Of a stretch of DNA of 64,000 nt, positions 8,916-18,665 are shown piece after piece. Location of the stretch: assembly GCA_000092065.1 (NCBI GenBank), contig CP000588.1; one strand, written 5' to 3'. Position 1 is the first letter of the stretch. Every line of letters begins with the position of its first letter. Under the pieces are notes generated by a model, which was not told the DNA's origin, made no database searches, and saw only the letters and a program-made list of their open reading frames with translations. Position numbers and translations under genes: made by a program. Source of the DNA: Ostreococcus lucimarinus. Its lineage: Eukaryota.

Positions 8916-10110
8916 ACGCGCGACGAGGGACGCGACGGACGACGCGCGACGGCGCGTTCGCGCGGATGACGACTGACGACGAACGAACGGCGACGCCGAA
9001 CGGACTCGGACGACGCAGGAATCTGGGATCGCGGCGTCCGACGTGAGCAAGCTGCGCGACGCGGGCGTGCACACGGTGGAGGGACTCGCGGCGGCGTCGA
9101 GGAAGCACCTGCAATCGATCAAGGGGCTGTCGGAACAGAAGGTGGAGAAGCTGAAGCAAGCGGGTGCGAGCGAGGCGCGAGGCGAGGCGACGCGAGCGAA
9201 CGCGCGAGGACGCGGGGGGGGCGCGACGCGCGAGGGCGACGCGAGAGGTGCCTCGTTTGATGGATTGAAAGCGAGCACCCGAGGAGACTGACGAGAGACG
9301 CGACGACGCGCGAGCGACGCAGCGAACGCGATCGTGCCCGCGGGATTCACGACGGCGAAGATGATCGATCAGCAGCGTCAGGATACGATATATATCACGA
9401 CGGGTTCGGCCAAGGTGGACGAATTGTTGCAGGGGGGGATCGAAAGCGGGAGCGTGACGGAGATTTACGGCGAGTTCAGGACGGGGAAGACGCAGTTGAT
9501 GCACACGCTCGCGGTGACGAGCCAGATGCCGATCGAGCACGGTGGTGGCGAGGGTAAGTGTCTGTACATCGATACCGAAGGCACGTTCCGTCCGCAGCGG
9601 TTGATTCAGATCGCCGAGAGATTCAACATGGATCCCTCGGCGGTGCTGGATAACGTGGCGTACGCCAAGGCGCACAACGTCGAACATCAGAGCGAACTTT
9701 TGCTCGCCGCCGCAGGAATGATGGCGGAGACGCGATTCTCGCTCATGATTATCGACTCCGTCACCAATCTCTACCGCACCGAATACGAAGGTCGCGGTGA
9801 ACTGAGCGCGCGTCAGATGCACCTCGGGAAATTTTTGCGCCAACTCGCCCGTCTCGCGGATGAGTTCGGCGTCGCCGTCATCGTATCGAACCAAGTCGTC
9901 GCTAACCCTGAAGGCGGACCATTCGCGGGAGCGAATGCGCTCAAACCCATCGGCGGGAACATCATGGCGCACGCGAGCACGACGCGATTAGCCCTTCGCA
10001 AGGGGCGCGGAGAGAACAGAGTGATGAAAGTCGTGTGTTCTCCCGTGCTGCCGGAATCGGAGGCGCAATTTTCCATCAGCGAGTTTGGTATCGAAGACGC
10101 CAAGGATTAA
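8700..10110 (+). CDS. RAD51: RAD51 recombinase with three exons: 8700..8798, 9019..9163 and 9323..10110.
   Basis: Exon 1 is MSACAVDD...PIAALE with a GTGCGA donor at 8799. Exon 2 is [23 protein letters not shown]...KLKQA (an HhH N-domain) with a GTGCGA donor at 9164. Exon 3 is [12 protein letters not shown]...GEFRTGKTQ (Walker A)...LADEFGVAV...[15 protein letters not shown]. Both introns have an ACTGAC branch point and a CAG acceptor. The protein is closer to RAD51 than to DMC1 ([16 protein letters not shown]). Confidence 0.85.
8873..8910. repeat. (GACGAC)n trinucleotide microsatellite inside RAD51 intron 1.
   Basis: An uninterrupted gacgacgacgac... run of about 38 nt is seen directly in the sequence. 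Confidence 0.8.
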
Positions 10111-10168
10111 AGCGAGCGAAGACGTTTCCATGTATTTCATAATTTTACAACTTTCGTTCCACTACGTC

Positions 10169-11107
10169 TCAGCGCAGCGTCGTCGAGTACCACGCAACAC
10201 CGCACGCTATGGCGACGCCGCCGCAGATTTGTAAGCCCAGCCTCAGTTTTTCGTAGTCGAACTTTTCGCGCGCCTCTTGACCGTACTGCTCTTCCAACGT
10301 TTTTTCTCGCTTCTTTCGCCCACCGGATGCGCTCGCCTTGGCACCGGTCGACCATTTATCGCTGTACGGAGCGAACGAATCTGGATCGCGCAGCAACGGC
10401 ACCTCCACGCGTTCGTTCGCCGCAATCTCCATTTTCGGCGCTTCAAGAATGAACCGCAACTCCTCCGCCTGCTTCCGAATAGACTTCTCCGGATGTACGC
10501 TCTCCAGGTACTTGTAAATCTCCAACGCCTTATCCCCTTGGCCGTACGCATCCAGCGCGAGCGCCTTGTAAATCTGAATCCGTCCGCCGAGTAGACTCGT
10601 CTCGCTAGTCTCGTCTTCGGCCGCCTTAAACCACTTCACCGCGTCGTCGTACATACCACGACCGTACGCATACACCCCAGAATCATACATTTTCGTCGCG
10701 CTCTCGATCTCGCCTCGCAGCGTTCTCGCGTTTGACTCCAACTTCTCCGCGATTTTCTCCGCGTACTTTCGCTGCGCCTCGGGCGCTTCGGCCAAGCTCG
10801 AGTACCCCAGCGCCTTCGCGACCGTCGTCTCGAAGTCTTCGCCCGCCTCGAACGCTTCTTGAAACCTCTGCGTCGCCTTCAGCACCTTCGCCGCGTCGGC
10901 ACCGGTGGGAATGAGCGCGCGCCGGACCTCCTGCAGCAGCGCTTTCGACGCGTTGTTTGCTGGATTGCTGCTCACGACGACGGGTTTGGAGGCGATTATC
11001 GCGTCGTCCGCGCGCCGTTCGGAGCTCGAGCGCTGCGCGGTGCGCGAGCGTCGCGCGCGTCGCGCGTGCGCGAGGTTAGGGAGGACGGCGCGCGCGAGGG
11101 CGGGCAT
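10169..11107 (-). CDS. TPR-like repeat protein with an N-terminal presequence and a C-terminal transmembrane helix. It is probably organelle-targeted.
   Basis: It is a single 312-aa ORF. A/R/S-rich N-terminal 40 aa precede TPR-like helices (YAYGRGMYDDAVKWFKAA, ALEIYKYLESV) and a C-terminal hydrophobic stretch (LQICGGVAIACGVAWY). Confidence 0.5.
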   Translation of the reverse strand: MPALARAVLPNLAHARRARRSRTAQRSSSERRADDAIIASKPVVVSSNPANNASKALLQEVRRALIPTGADAAKVLKATQRFQEAFEAGEDFETTVAKALGYSSLAEAPEAQRKYAEKIAEKLESNARTLRGEIESATKMYDSGVYAYGRGMYDDAVKWFKAAEDETSETSLLGGRIQIYKALALDAYGQGDKALEIYKYLESVHPEKSIRKQAEELRFILEAPKMEIAANERVEVPLLRDPDSFAPYSDKWSTGAKASASGGRKKREKTLEEQYGQEAREKFDYEKLRLGLQICGGVAIACGVAWYSTTLR

Positions 11108-11199
11108 GAGTCGCGCGATGCAGTGACGTCGAAGTCGGTAAATATTTCAAGCTCTGATTTTACAACGGCGTCGCGACGACGCGCGCGCGCGAATCCGGG

Positions 11200-12753
11200 C
11201 TACGATTTATCGCCGGGAAGAGCGATCGATTTAGGCTTGCGCTGACGAACTTTTTTCGACTTTGGAACCGTCGCCGGGACGCTGTTCGCCGGGCGCTTGG
11301 CGCCTGCGGCGGCGCCGGCGGAGACGACGCTACCGCTCGACGTCATCCGACGGACGACGACGCTGACGGATCGATCGGTGGAATCGAGCGGTAAGGCGCG
11401 AGACTTCTGCGCGCGACCGATTGCATCTTTCGTTACCGCACCGTCGAGACGTTCGAACGCGTCGTTGGCGCGTTTGGTGTCGGTAAACGTGACGAGGCAG
11501 GAGGTGGTTTTTTTGCCGCCGAGAGCCGCGGAGTCCGTCGTCGTCGCATCGAGAAAGCTTCCCTGCACGCTCTCGATGTGCGCTCGATCGGTTTCTTCGA
11601 ACACCATCTTCAACGCCTCCGCGCTCGTCCCACGCGGAATGCGATGGATAAAAAGCTTGCACAGGTCCTCGGCGTCCACTTTGTGCGGCGGCGCGTCCAC
11701 CTCAAAGATGGGTTTCGCCTCGCGAACCGCCCATAACACTAAGTCTAATGCCGCTTTGGCGTCCTCGACGGAATCGTGATAGCCCGCCTCAGTTTGTCTC
11801 ATCTTTCGTTTGAGCAAAGTTTCGCACAAAATCGCCAAGCTCGGCGTCGACCGAGGGAGATTCTTGTAACGAAACAACATTCCAGTGTCGATGACGGGTT
11901 GATGGTCAATCTTTAAAGACTTCAAATCATGCATCAACGAATGACCCACGAGCACAGTTCCCGGTTTACACAACTCCACGAGTCTATCCTGCACGTCGCT
12001 CAACGTCGTCGGCGCCGCGAGGACGTTCTCCGCCTTCAACCCAGTAATCTCCGTTCTCATGTCGACGATGTTCCCCGGCGGCTTCACGAGCGTCTTCAAC
12101 AAAATATTTCCCTCATCATCCACCACGGACACCCCGACGAGCGCTCGCGTGTCGTCATCCGTCTCACACATCTCACAATCCACCCCCAACAACCTCGGCT
12201 TCATCTCTTTCTCCACGCACCAACGCACGGGTCGATACTTTGTCCGTCGCCACGGCGGTTCGTGCGACGGCAACCGATAATACGCCTCCGCGAACCCCTC
12301 ATGCTTTCGCGTTCGTCGCACCAGCGCCCACGCTCGATCACCCTTCGCATCGACGACCTCGTCGTCGCCCCACTCGTCCCACTCCGCGCGTTTCTTCCGC
12401 CATTGATCGTGTTTCGTCAGCGCCGTCACGCGCGCCGTCCCGAGCGCCGTCCCGAGCGTCTCCACAAACTTTCTCAGCGTCTCCGCCGTGTGCCGGCTCG
12501 GATCGCCTCGTTGGTTCTCCGGTCGCTTCACGTTCGCCTTGAGCCACGCCTTGAAGTCGCACCCCGGGTGTTCGCTCGGCGCGGCGGTGAATCGACGCTG
12601 CGCATCCTTGACCACGCGCACGAGCGCGGCGAATTCCTGTTCGAGACGTGACCGCGTCAGTCCACAGCGCGCCTCGCGACGACGCGCGCCATCTTCCACG
12701 CGCGACGAACGACGCGACGCGCGCGCGCGCCGCACCTCGGCGCTCGTCGGCAT
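11200..12753 (-). CDS. DEDDh 3'-5' RNA exonuclease of the REXO1/small-RNA-degrading-nuclease type.
   Basis: The exonuclease motifs LLGVDCEM (Exo I), GHSLMHDLKSL (Exo II) and YHDSVEDAKAALDL (Exo III) are present, with a C-terminal RRM-like region. Only 92 bp separate its stop from the start of the downstream gene. Confidence 0.65.
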   Translation of the reverse strand: MPTSAEVRRARASRRSSRVEDGARRREARCGLTRSRLEQEFAALVRVVKDAQRRFTAAPSEHPGCDFKAWLKANVKRPENQRGDPSRHTAETLRKFVETLGTALGTARVTALTKHDQWRKKRAEWDEWGDDEVVDAKGDRAWALVRRTRKHEGFAEAYYRLPSHEPPWRRTKYRPVRWCVEKEMKPRLLGVDCEMCETDDDTRALVGVSVVDDEGNILLKTLVKPPGNIVDMRTEITGLKAENVLAAPTTLSDVQDRLVELCKPGTVLVGHSLMHDLKSLKIDHQPVIDTGMLFRYKNLPRSTPSLAILCETLLKRKMRQTEAGYHDSVEDAKAALDLVLWAVREAKPIFEVDAPPHKVDAEDLCKLFIHRIPRGTSAEALKMVFEETDRAHIESVQGSFLDATTTDSAALGGKKTTSCLVTFTDTKRANDAFERLDGAVTKDAIGRAQKSRALPLDSTDRSVSVVVRRMTSSGSVVSAGAAAGAKRPANSVPATVPKSKKVRQRKPKSIALPGDKS

Positions 12754-13037
12754 CGCCTCGCGAAGTGCGGCGCGCGAGGCGGCGGCCGCGCCGACGCCCC
12801 GACTCGACCGACGCGTTCGCTACCACAACCTTCGATTATAATACAACGCATCGAGCGATGACGCTCTTTAGAATTCAACGCACCGTCCGTTCGCGCGTCG
12901 TCGCGTCGCCCTCGCGCGTCGCTCGACCTCGCGTCGTCCTCGCGCGCGTCGCTCGCTCGACCTCGCGTCCCTCTCGCCCCGCGTCCCTCTCGTCCCGCGC
13001 GCGTCGCGCGTCGCCGCGCGCTCGCCGACGCGCGCGC

Positions 13038-13337
13038 TCACTTACTCCCCGCGCGCTTCCCCTCGCCCTTCTTCGGCGGCCCTTTCCCTCGTCGCTTCAA
13101 TCGCTCGAGTTTCACCTTGCGTCGCGTCTCGTCCGGCGCCGTGAACAGCGGATCGAGCGCCGCCATGGTCTTCGGGTAGTACGCCGCGAGCCGTTCGCCG
13201 ATCAGCGGCGCGCGCAGGATTTTTCTCCCGCTCGGTCGACCGTCGCCGAGGTGCGCGCCGAAGACGCGCGCGGCGACGCGCGCGATCTCGGTCGCGGTCT
13301 TCGCGACGCCCGGCATCGCGGCGTCGTCTGACGACAC
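13038..13337 (-). CDS. Mitochondrial ribosomal protein mS33 (MRPS33-like).
   Basis: The C-terminus ...KLERLKRRGKGPPKKGEGKRAGSK and N-terminus ARVFGAHLG match the MRPS33 family pattern (LRLKKLRGKGKPRKGEGKR). The protein is 99 aa. An alternative start at the second Met would be 13316. Confidence 0.55.
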   Translation of the reverse strand: MSSDDAAMPGVAKTATEIARVAARVFGAHLGDGRPSGRKILRAPLIGERLAAYYPKTMAALDPLFTAPDETRRKVKLERLKRRGKGPPKKGEGKRAGSK

Positions 13338-13371
13338 ACGACGGCGACGCGAACGACGAACCGCGACGACG

Positions 13372-13820
13372 ATGAGCGACGACGAGGACGTGAAGAAGGA
13401 GGTGAAGGAGGATCACATCAACATCAAAGTTCGGGACATGGTAAGACGGCGCGAAGACGGCGCGAGGGCGGCGAAGACGCGCGCGGGATGGATGGATGGA
13501 TTTTAAACGTCATCGCGTCGACGTCGAGGGAACGACGCGCGAGGCGCGCGCGAGAGGCGAGCGAGGCGAGAGAGGACTGACGATCGAACGCGCGGCGCGG
13601 CGATGGGCAGGATAACAACGAGGTGCACTTCAAGGTGCGACCGTCGACGAAGTTTTCAAAGGTGTTCGACGCGTACTGCCAACGCAAGGCGTTGCAGCCG
13701 AACGCGGTTCGATTTTTGATGGACGGTGAGCGGTTGCGGCCGGATCAAACGCCGGAGGAGATGGACATGGAGGATGGCGATTGCATCGATGCGATGATGG
13801 AGCAGGTGGGCGGGGGCTGA
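13372..13820 (+). CDS. SUMO: SUMO (small ubiquitin-like modifier) with two exons: about 13372..13440 and about 13610..13820.
   Basis: Exon 1 is MSDDEDVKKEVKEDHINIKVRDM, followed by a GTAAGA donor, and is not on the ORF track. The intron has an ACTGAC branch point and a GGGCAG acceptor. Exon 2 is DNNEVHFKVRPSTKFSKVFDAYCQRKALQ...MDMEDGDCIDAMMEQVGGG then a stop, giving a di-Gly C-terminus. Borders are within 1-2 nt. Confidence 0.8.
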
Positions 13821-13943
13821 GCGGGGAACGCGGGGACGACGCGGACGCGGACGAGACGCGATTTAGGATCAAACGCCATAATGTGATAACGATGCGCATC
13901 GACTCTTGATTTCATTCTGCTACGTCTATTACTGGTGCTTCGC

Positions 13944-16460
13944 TCACTGGTACTCCGCTTGCGCGCGTTGCATCTTGCCTTGTCGACTTCTGAACACGTC
14001 TTTGACTGGTGGCTTGCTCGACGCCGAGGCGCGAGAAGCCGTCAACGCGGGATCGTCGATGAGTTCGATGGCTTTTCGCTTCTCGCCGCCTTGGTAACCC
14101 ATTTCGTCGAGATATCCCTCGATGGCCGCCTCGCTCAGATCGGTGCTCTTCAACGCGTCTAAGACGGCATCGACGCGAGGCGGAGGGAACTTTGCGAAGG
14201 CAACAGGTCCTGGAAGGCTGGTGAAGAACTTGCCGAGCGCGCCGGGAAGCTTTTTCTTCTCGATCGGCGGAGGAGGAGGAGGTTTCGCGGAACGCGTCGG
14301 TGCGCCCGTGGGCGCGGCGGGTGGTGGCACGGCGGCCATGGCCGCCACTCGCGCGAGTCGTTCTTGGCGCAGCGTTGCGAAGGAAATGCTCGAAGCTTCG
14401 ATTCTTCGCATGGGCACGACGGCGCCAAGCGACGCGAAGTAATCGCAGTATTCTTCGCTCGCGGGTCGAATGTCCATGCACGTGTGTCTCCCTAACAACG
14501 AGTTCAAGAGATTCGTTTTAATGACCGTCGCCCCGCACGCGGCATTACGCCGTGCCTCCGCATCTAAAATCGTATCCACTGTGCCATGCGAACGCTCAAA
14601 ATCGACAAACATATCCCAAATCTTCATCGACGGCGATTCACTCAGGGAACGTTCAAACAAAACTCGGGCATTGGCAACATCGTTCACGCCAATCAAGAAC
14701 TCGGCATAACGCTCGACGTAGTCTGGCGACGTCAAAAATTTCTTAAGCCCGAGCTCAAAGATGTTTCTCGCCGGTTTATCGCTCTTATCGTACTGCCATT
14801 CAATCATCGCGGAGTTTGCGTAAATTTCCCACGTCGCCCCGGGCGCCTTACGGGCTCGCATGAAAGCTTTTCGACTCGAATCTTGATCTCCAACACGACG
14901 CGACGCGCGAACGTATTCGCAGTACGTTAGAATTATATCCGAGGGCATCATTATCTCCTCACCTCGCTCGATGGCTTCGTCAGCGCTCTCTTCATAGGCG
15001 TCAAGCACGGACTCGTAGATGGCTCTACACGCGTCGGCGTCGCCGCGAGTCTCTTCGATATCCGCCGACGCAAAAGTGATAAGCGTGCAATACGGTAACG
15101 CCTCCCGCGCTCGCTGTAAAACTTCCACCGCCTCGTCTGAACGATTCTCGCTCTCGTGCCAGTGCGCGTACTCTAGCCAAAACTCAGGTGTCTCACCGAG
15201 AGACAGACCTGCTAATTCGTAGGCGTGCTTCACGCGCGCATAGAGTTGTGGGGACGGTTCATTCGGCGTTGCACCTTCAAGCTTTTGCACGTTTGACTTC
15301 TCAAAATCGATAATCTCTGCCCATTGAGCTGCGCACGCCGTGGGTGATGCCGCAAGAAGCGCGTATCGTCCACTCTTGCAGGCCTTCGCCCCGTGCGCTG
15401 GCGAGCCGCAAAATTTACATTCGTGCGCGCGCGCACAACCTCTACACCCAGCGGCATTGAACGCGGGACAAATAATCGAAGTCAACCCATCCGCACCGCG
15501 CTGCACTGGATCAACACACACCGCGCCCACGACGACGTCGGCGAGCACCTTCTTCCTCTTACCGAGCGCCGTGCGTGTGAGCAACAACTTTGGCGCTATT
15601 TCCTGCAACAACGCCCTCGCGAGCGCCTTGTTCTTCTCAAGCTCAAACGCTTCGTAAACCTTGTAAACTGCATCTAATTTGTGCATCGGCACTGAAATCG
15701 CCTTCTGGTACGTCCTGCGAACGATCATATCTCTCGCACTCGGCGCTTGCTCCACAGCGACGTCGGTGACAATCAGCGTCGCCTCGGTGCTGCGCAAGAA
15801 CTGACAATAGTCCATCCAAAGATCACCAGCGTCCGCGTCCTCGCCGACGACGTCCACGGAGTACTCGTACACCGATTTCATTGTGTTCACCCCCTCTTCT
15901 GTCGTCACATCGTTCGTGCTCGCCATGTACGACGCGTATCTTCGCCAGAGCAACGCGCTCGGGCACGGTATCAAGCACTTCCCGAAAATGGCGCGGATCG
16001 CTTCGTCGTCCGGCGTCCCCGCATCGTTCTTCGAAAGCTCCGCGTCGACGTACCAGCACCACGCCAACGATGATCGAGGGAACTGTTCGGTGATGGCGTC
16101 GAACAGCGGTCGAGCGCTCGGAATCGTCGTCGCCAACGCCAGTCTCGCGCACCGTTCCCACCCGGCGGCGTCTGACGGATTCTCTCTTAAATGCGTCAGC
16201 AAATCATCGTGATCGCCGCTCCCGTCGGTTTCGACCGCATCCACGTCCGCATCTTCTAACTTTGCGTCGTCGGCGTCCGTCGCGACGACGCGTTCGGGCG
16301 CATCGCCGGCGTCCGGGGGCGAAGAATCTTCGTTTGACGCTTGATTGAGTAATCTTCCCACGAGATCGGCTTTCGTGCCGCTATCGTCGAGCCCAGCGTC
16401 GGCGCAGCGCTTCTTGAGATCGACAGCCTTCAATCGCATGAGCGATTTCTCGGTGCTCAT
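13944..16460 (-). CDS. Cleavage stimulation factor subunit 3 (CstF-77/Suf, HAT-repeat protein) with an N-terminal SAP motif.
   Basis: HAT repeats run throughout (WCWYVDAEL, LWMDYCQFL, FWLEYAHWH, YVERYAEFLIGVNDVANARVLFERSL, KIWDMFVDFERSHG). The N-terminal stretch LKAVDLKKRCADAGLDDSGTKADLVGRLL is SAP-like. There is a Cys-rich insertion, CRGCARAHECKFCGSPAHGAKAC. Confidence 0.7.
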   Translation of the reverse strand: MSTEKSLMRLKAVDLKKRCADAGLDDSGTKADLVGRLLNQASNEDSSPPDAGDAPERVVATDADDAKLEDADVDAVETDGSGDHDDLLTHLRENPSDAAGWERCARLALATTIPSARPLFDAITEQFPRSSLAWCWYVDAELSKNDAGTPDDEAIRAIFGKCLIPCPSALLWRRYASYMASTNDVTTEEGVNTMKSVYEYSVDVVGEDADAGDLWMDYCQFLRSTEATLIVTDVAVEQAPSARDMIVRRTYQKAISVPMHKLDAVYKVYEAFELEKNKALARALLQEIAPKLLLTRTALGKRKKVLADVVVGAVCVDPVQRGADGLTSIICPAFNAAGCRGCARAHECKFCGSPAHGAKACKSGRYALLAASPTACAAQWAEIIDFEKSNVQKLEGATPNEPSPQLYARVKHAYELAGLSLGETPEFWLEYAHWHESENRSDEAVEVLQRAREALPYCTLITFASADIEETRGDADACRAIYESVLDAYEESADEAIERGEEIMMPSDIILTYCEYVRASRRVGDQDSSRKAFMRARKAPGATWEIYANSAMIEWQYDKSDKPARNIFELGLKKFLTSPDYVERYAEFLIGVNDVANARVLFERSLSESPSMKIWDMFVDFERSHGTVDTILDAEARRNAACGATVIKTNLLNSLLGRHTCMDIRPASEEYCDYFASLGAVVPMRRIEASSISFATLRQERLARVAAMAAVPPPAAPTGAPTRSAKPPPPPPIEKKKLPGALGKFFTSLPGPVAFAKFPPPRVDAVLDALKSTDLSEAAIEGYLDEMGYQGGEKRKAIELIDDPALTASRASASSKPPVKDVFRSRQGKMQRAQAEYQ

Positions 16461-16580
16461 GACGCTCGCGATGGACTCACGCGGTCGATGACGCGCTCGA
16501 GAGTGAGGCGGCGGCGGGACGAGAGGCGACGACGGCTCGGCTCGCGGCGGCTGCGACGCATATGATATGATGTTTCGAAT

Positions 16581-18665
16581 CTAAGATTTATTCGCCGCGC
16601 GCGCGCGAATCCAGGCGCGAATGTTTGGTAAGTTTGACTTTTCTCCGCGCTCGAGGGTTGCTCGATTGGGCACGCGCGCCAAGGGCGCGCAGGTCGGTCG
16701 GCCGTGCGCGCAGGCGAACGGCATTTGGGTCAGACGCAAAGCGCGAACAATCGCTTCGCACTCGTCGCGATTCAAGGTGTCTCCGAACATGATGGCGCCT
16801 CTGCACGCTTTACTCGCGAGTAATCTGTGAAGCGGTCTCGGAGCCTGCTTCGTCGACGTCGACGTCGTTTGTAGCTGAAACAAATACTGTCGAAGTGCGT
16901 CGCCACCCAACGACGTGCCGCGAATCGTCGGGACTCGAGTGAGGTAGACGACCGTCTCATTGTTGTCGTCGTTGTCGTTCCGCCAATCCCAGCCCCAGCG
17001 ACGCACGAGTGCGGCGTTTGAATTCAAAGTATTGAACTCTTCCACGCTCACCGGCGTCGCCCAGAGCACGGAGGATTGAGTTTCTTGCGTCGGTACGTGC
17101 ACGTCGTCGCTGAGCACGCGTGCCCAAAGCTCTTCGAGTGATATCCTCTCGTCAGCTGCGTGTTGATCGAATGCAACTATGATATCGTCGTCCAGAACCG
17201 TCAAGATAAACTTCTTTCCCACCTGGTCGATGACTCGAACTCTCTCTTCTCCGTCGCTCATTGAAAGCAGGCATTCTCGCGAAAGCTCCGGTGGGGGACG
17301 AAGCGCAGAACTCGCGGCTGTCTTTTCGATTGAAAGAATCGGGACCTCAGAATCAAAGACCGGGTTCGACCATGTCTTCAAGGCCGCCGCCGCGTTTGAC
17401 GGCGAACGAGGTGGCTCGGTGTCTCGCGACAGACGTCGCAGCATTGATTTCGCAAATGGTCCTTCTCCGTCGTTCGGGCAGCACTCGCATCGTCCCCGTT
17501 CACTCATCTTGCGCCGATTTCTCGGTGGATCAACAACTGAATTCATATTTGGTGGTGGGTCGTCGTTTGGGGAATCGTCGCGAATCGGCCATGCGTGCTC
17601 GTTCACGCACGCTTTGCGAAGAACAGAAAGAACCGTGTTCCAATTTTCAAACTCAATCAACGTCGTCTTCGGATCAAACGTCACTTCGAATGCGTCTTCC
17701 GGGCACTCGATCGATATCAGATATGCTGGAAATCCTTTCCCTATGTTTCTTGCGCCGTGGCCTAAAAAGGCATCGGCCTCGATGCGAATCATCTCTCGAT
17801 GCAGCGCGTTTGATTTGCCGCGGATGAAGTCTCCGTTGACGTACACGTACTGCAACTCAGCCGACCCAAGCCGACGATCGGGCGCGCTGACATATCCACG
17901 AACGCGCAAGTCATCGGAATCGTACTCCACCGGACGTAAATATCTCACGACGTCGTCACCGAACGCTCGACCCAACCCATCCAGTACGCTCGATCGGTTC
18001 CCTTCCACGCGCTCGACGACGGCATCGTCCACGCGAAGCGTTATGCCCAGATTAGGCCTCAAAAGGCACGCGTGGAACACGATAGACCGCATCTCCATCA
18101 CGAACTCAGTCTTTCTTTCACTCAATCGCTTCATCGCGACGCTGTTGTTCCAAAACACGCCCTCCAACCTCACGGTCGTCGCGTCCTCGTCAAACGCGCG
18201 CAGACTCGTCTCCAATCGCGCGCCCCCGTCCCCGTTCCCGTCTTCATCCCACGCGTGCGTCAACTCCATCGCCGGCTCGCTCGACCCTCGCGCTCTGGAT
18301 ATTATTTTCAACACTCTCACCGCTCCCGCGATCGCGACCAGCGCCCTTCCGCTCCGGTTTCGTCCCCCGCGCGTCGCGCCGCCGATTCCGGAAGCAGAAC
18401 CGGCACTTTCTTCTCGGCCTTCTCGGAGCGCGAGACACAGCTCGCGCGCGTCCTCGCGCGTCATCCCGTCGCCGTCGTCCGCGACGACGACGCGCACGTT
18501 CGCCTTCGCGCCCTCGCATCGTCCCATCGCGACGTCGACGCGGATCGAGCGCGCGCGCGCGTCGACGGCGTTCGCGACGAGCGCGGCGATCAGCGTCGGG
18601 ACGTGCCCACCGGCGCGGTTCGCGCCGATCGCCGCGGCGTCGCGCGCGGCGAGCGGACGGAGCAT
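16581..18665 (-). CDS. MutL homolog (MLH3/PMS-type mismatch-repair endonuclease subunit). The start is taken at MLRPLAARD.
   Basis: The N-terminal GHKL region is present (HVPTLIAALVANAVDARARSIRVDV...VVVADDGDGMT). The C-terminal domain carries the endonuclease motif DQHAADERISLEEL and the terminal FACAHGRPT (CPHGRP-like). The ORF track extends to 19745 through R/A-rich sequence that I treat as UTR. Confidence 0.65.
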   Translation of the reverse strand: MLRPLAARDAAAIGANRAGGHVPTLIAALVANAVDARARSIRVDVAMGRCEGAKANVRVVVADDGDGMTREDARELCLALREGREESAGSASGIGGATRGGRNRSGRALVAIAGAVRVLKIISRARGSSEPAMELTHAWDEDGNGDGGARLETSLRAFDEDATTVRLEGVFWNNSVAMKRLSERKTEFVMEMRSIVFHACLLRPNLGITLRVDDAVVERVEGNRSSVLDGLGRAFGDDVVRYLRPVEYDSDDLRVRGYVSAPDRRLGSAELQYVYVNGDFIRGKSNALHREMIRIEADAFLGHGARNIGKGFPAYLISIECPEDAFEVTFDPKTTLIEFENWNTVLSVLRKACVNEHAWPIRDDSPNDDPPPNMNSVVDPPRNRRKMSERGRCECCPNDGEGPFAKSMLRRLSRDTEPPRSPSNAAAALKTWSNPVFDSEVPILSIEKTAASSALRPPPELSRECLLSMSDGEERVRVIDQVGKKFILTVLDDDIIVAFDQHAADERISLEELWARVLSDDVHVPTQETQSSVLWATPVSVEEFNTLNSNAALVRRWGWDWRNDNDDNNETVVYLTRVPTIRGTSLGGDALRQYLFQLQTTSTSTKQAPRPLHRLLASKACRGAIMFGDTLNRDECEAIVRALRLTQMPFACAHGRPTCAPLARVPNRATLERGEKSNLPNIRAWIRARAANKS

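Noticed and set aside
8629-9972. 447-aa minus-strand ORF overlapping RAD51
   Set aside because: It is entirely antisense to a well-supported RAD51 gene. The translation is R/A/S/V low complexity (runs of V and R) with no domain, which is typical GC-rich antisense read-through.
12648-13331. 227-aa plus-strand ORF
   Set aside because: It overlaps the mS33 gene on the opposite strand and the exonuclease 5' region. It is R/A-rich low complexity.
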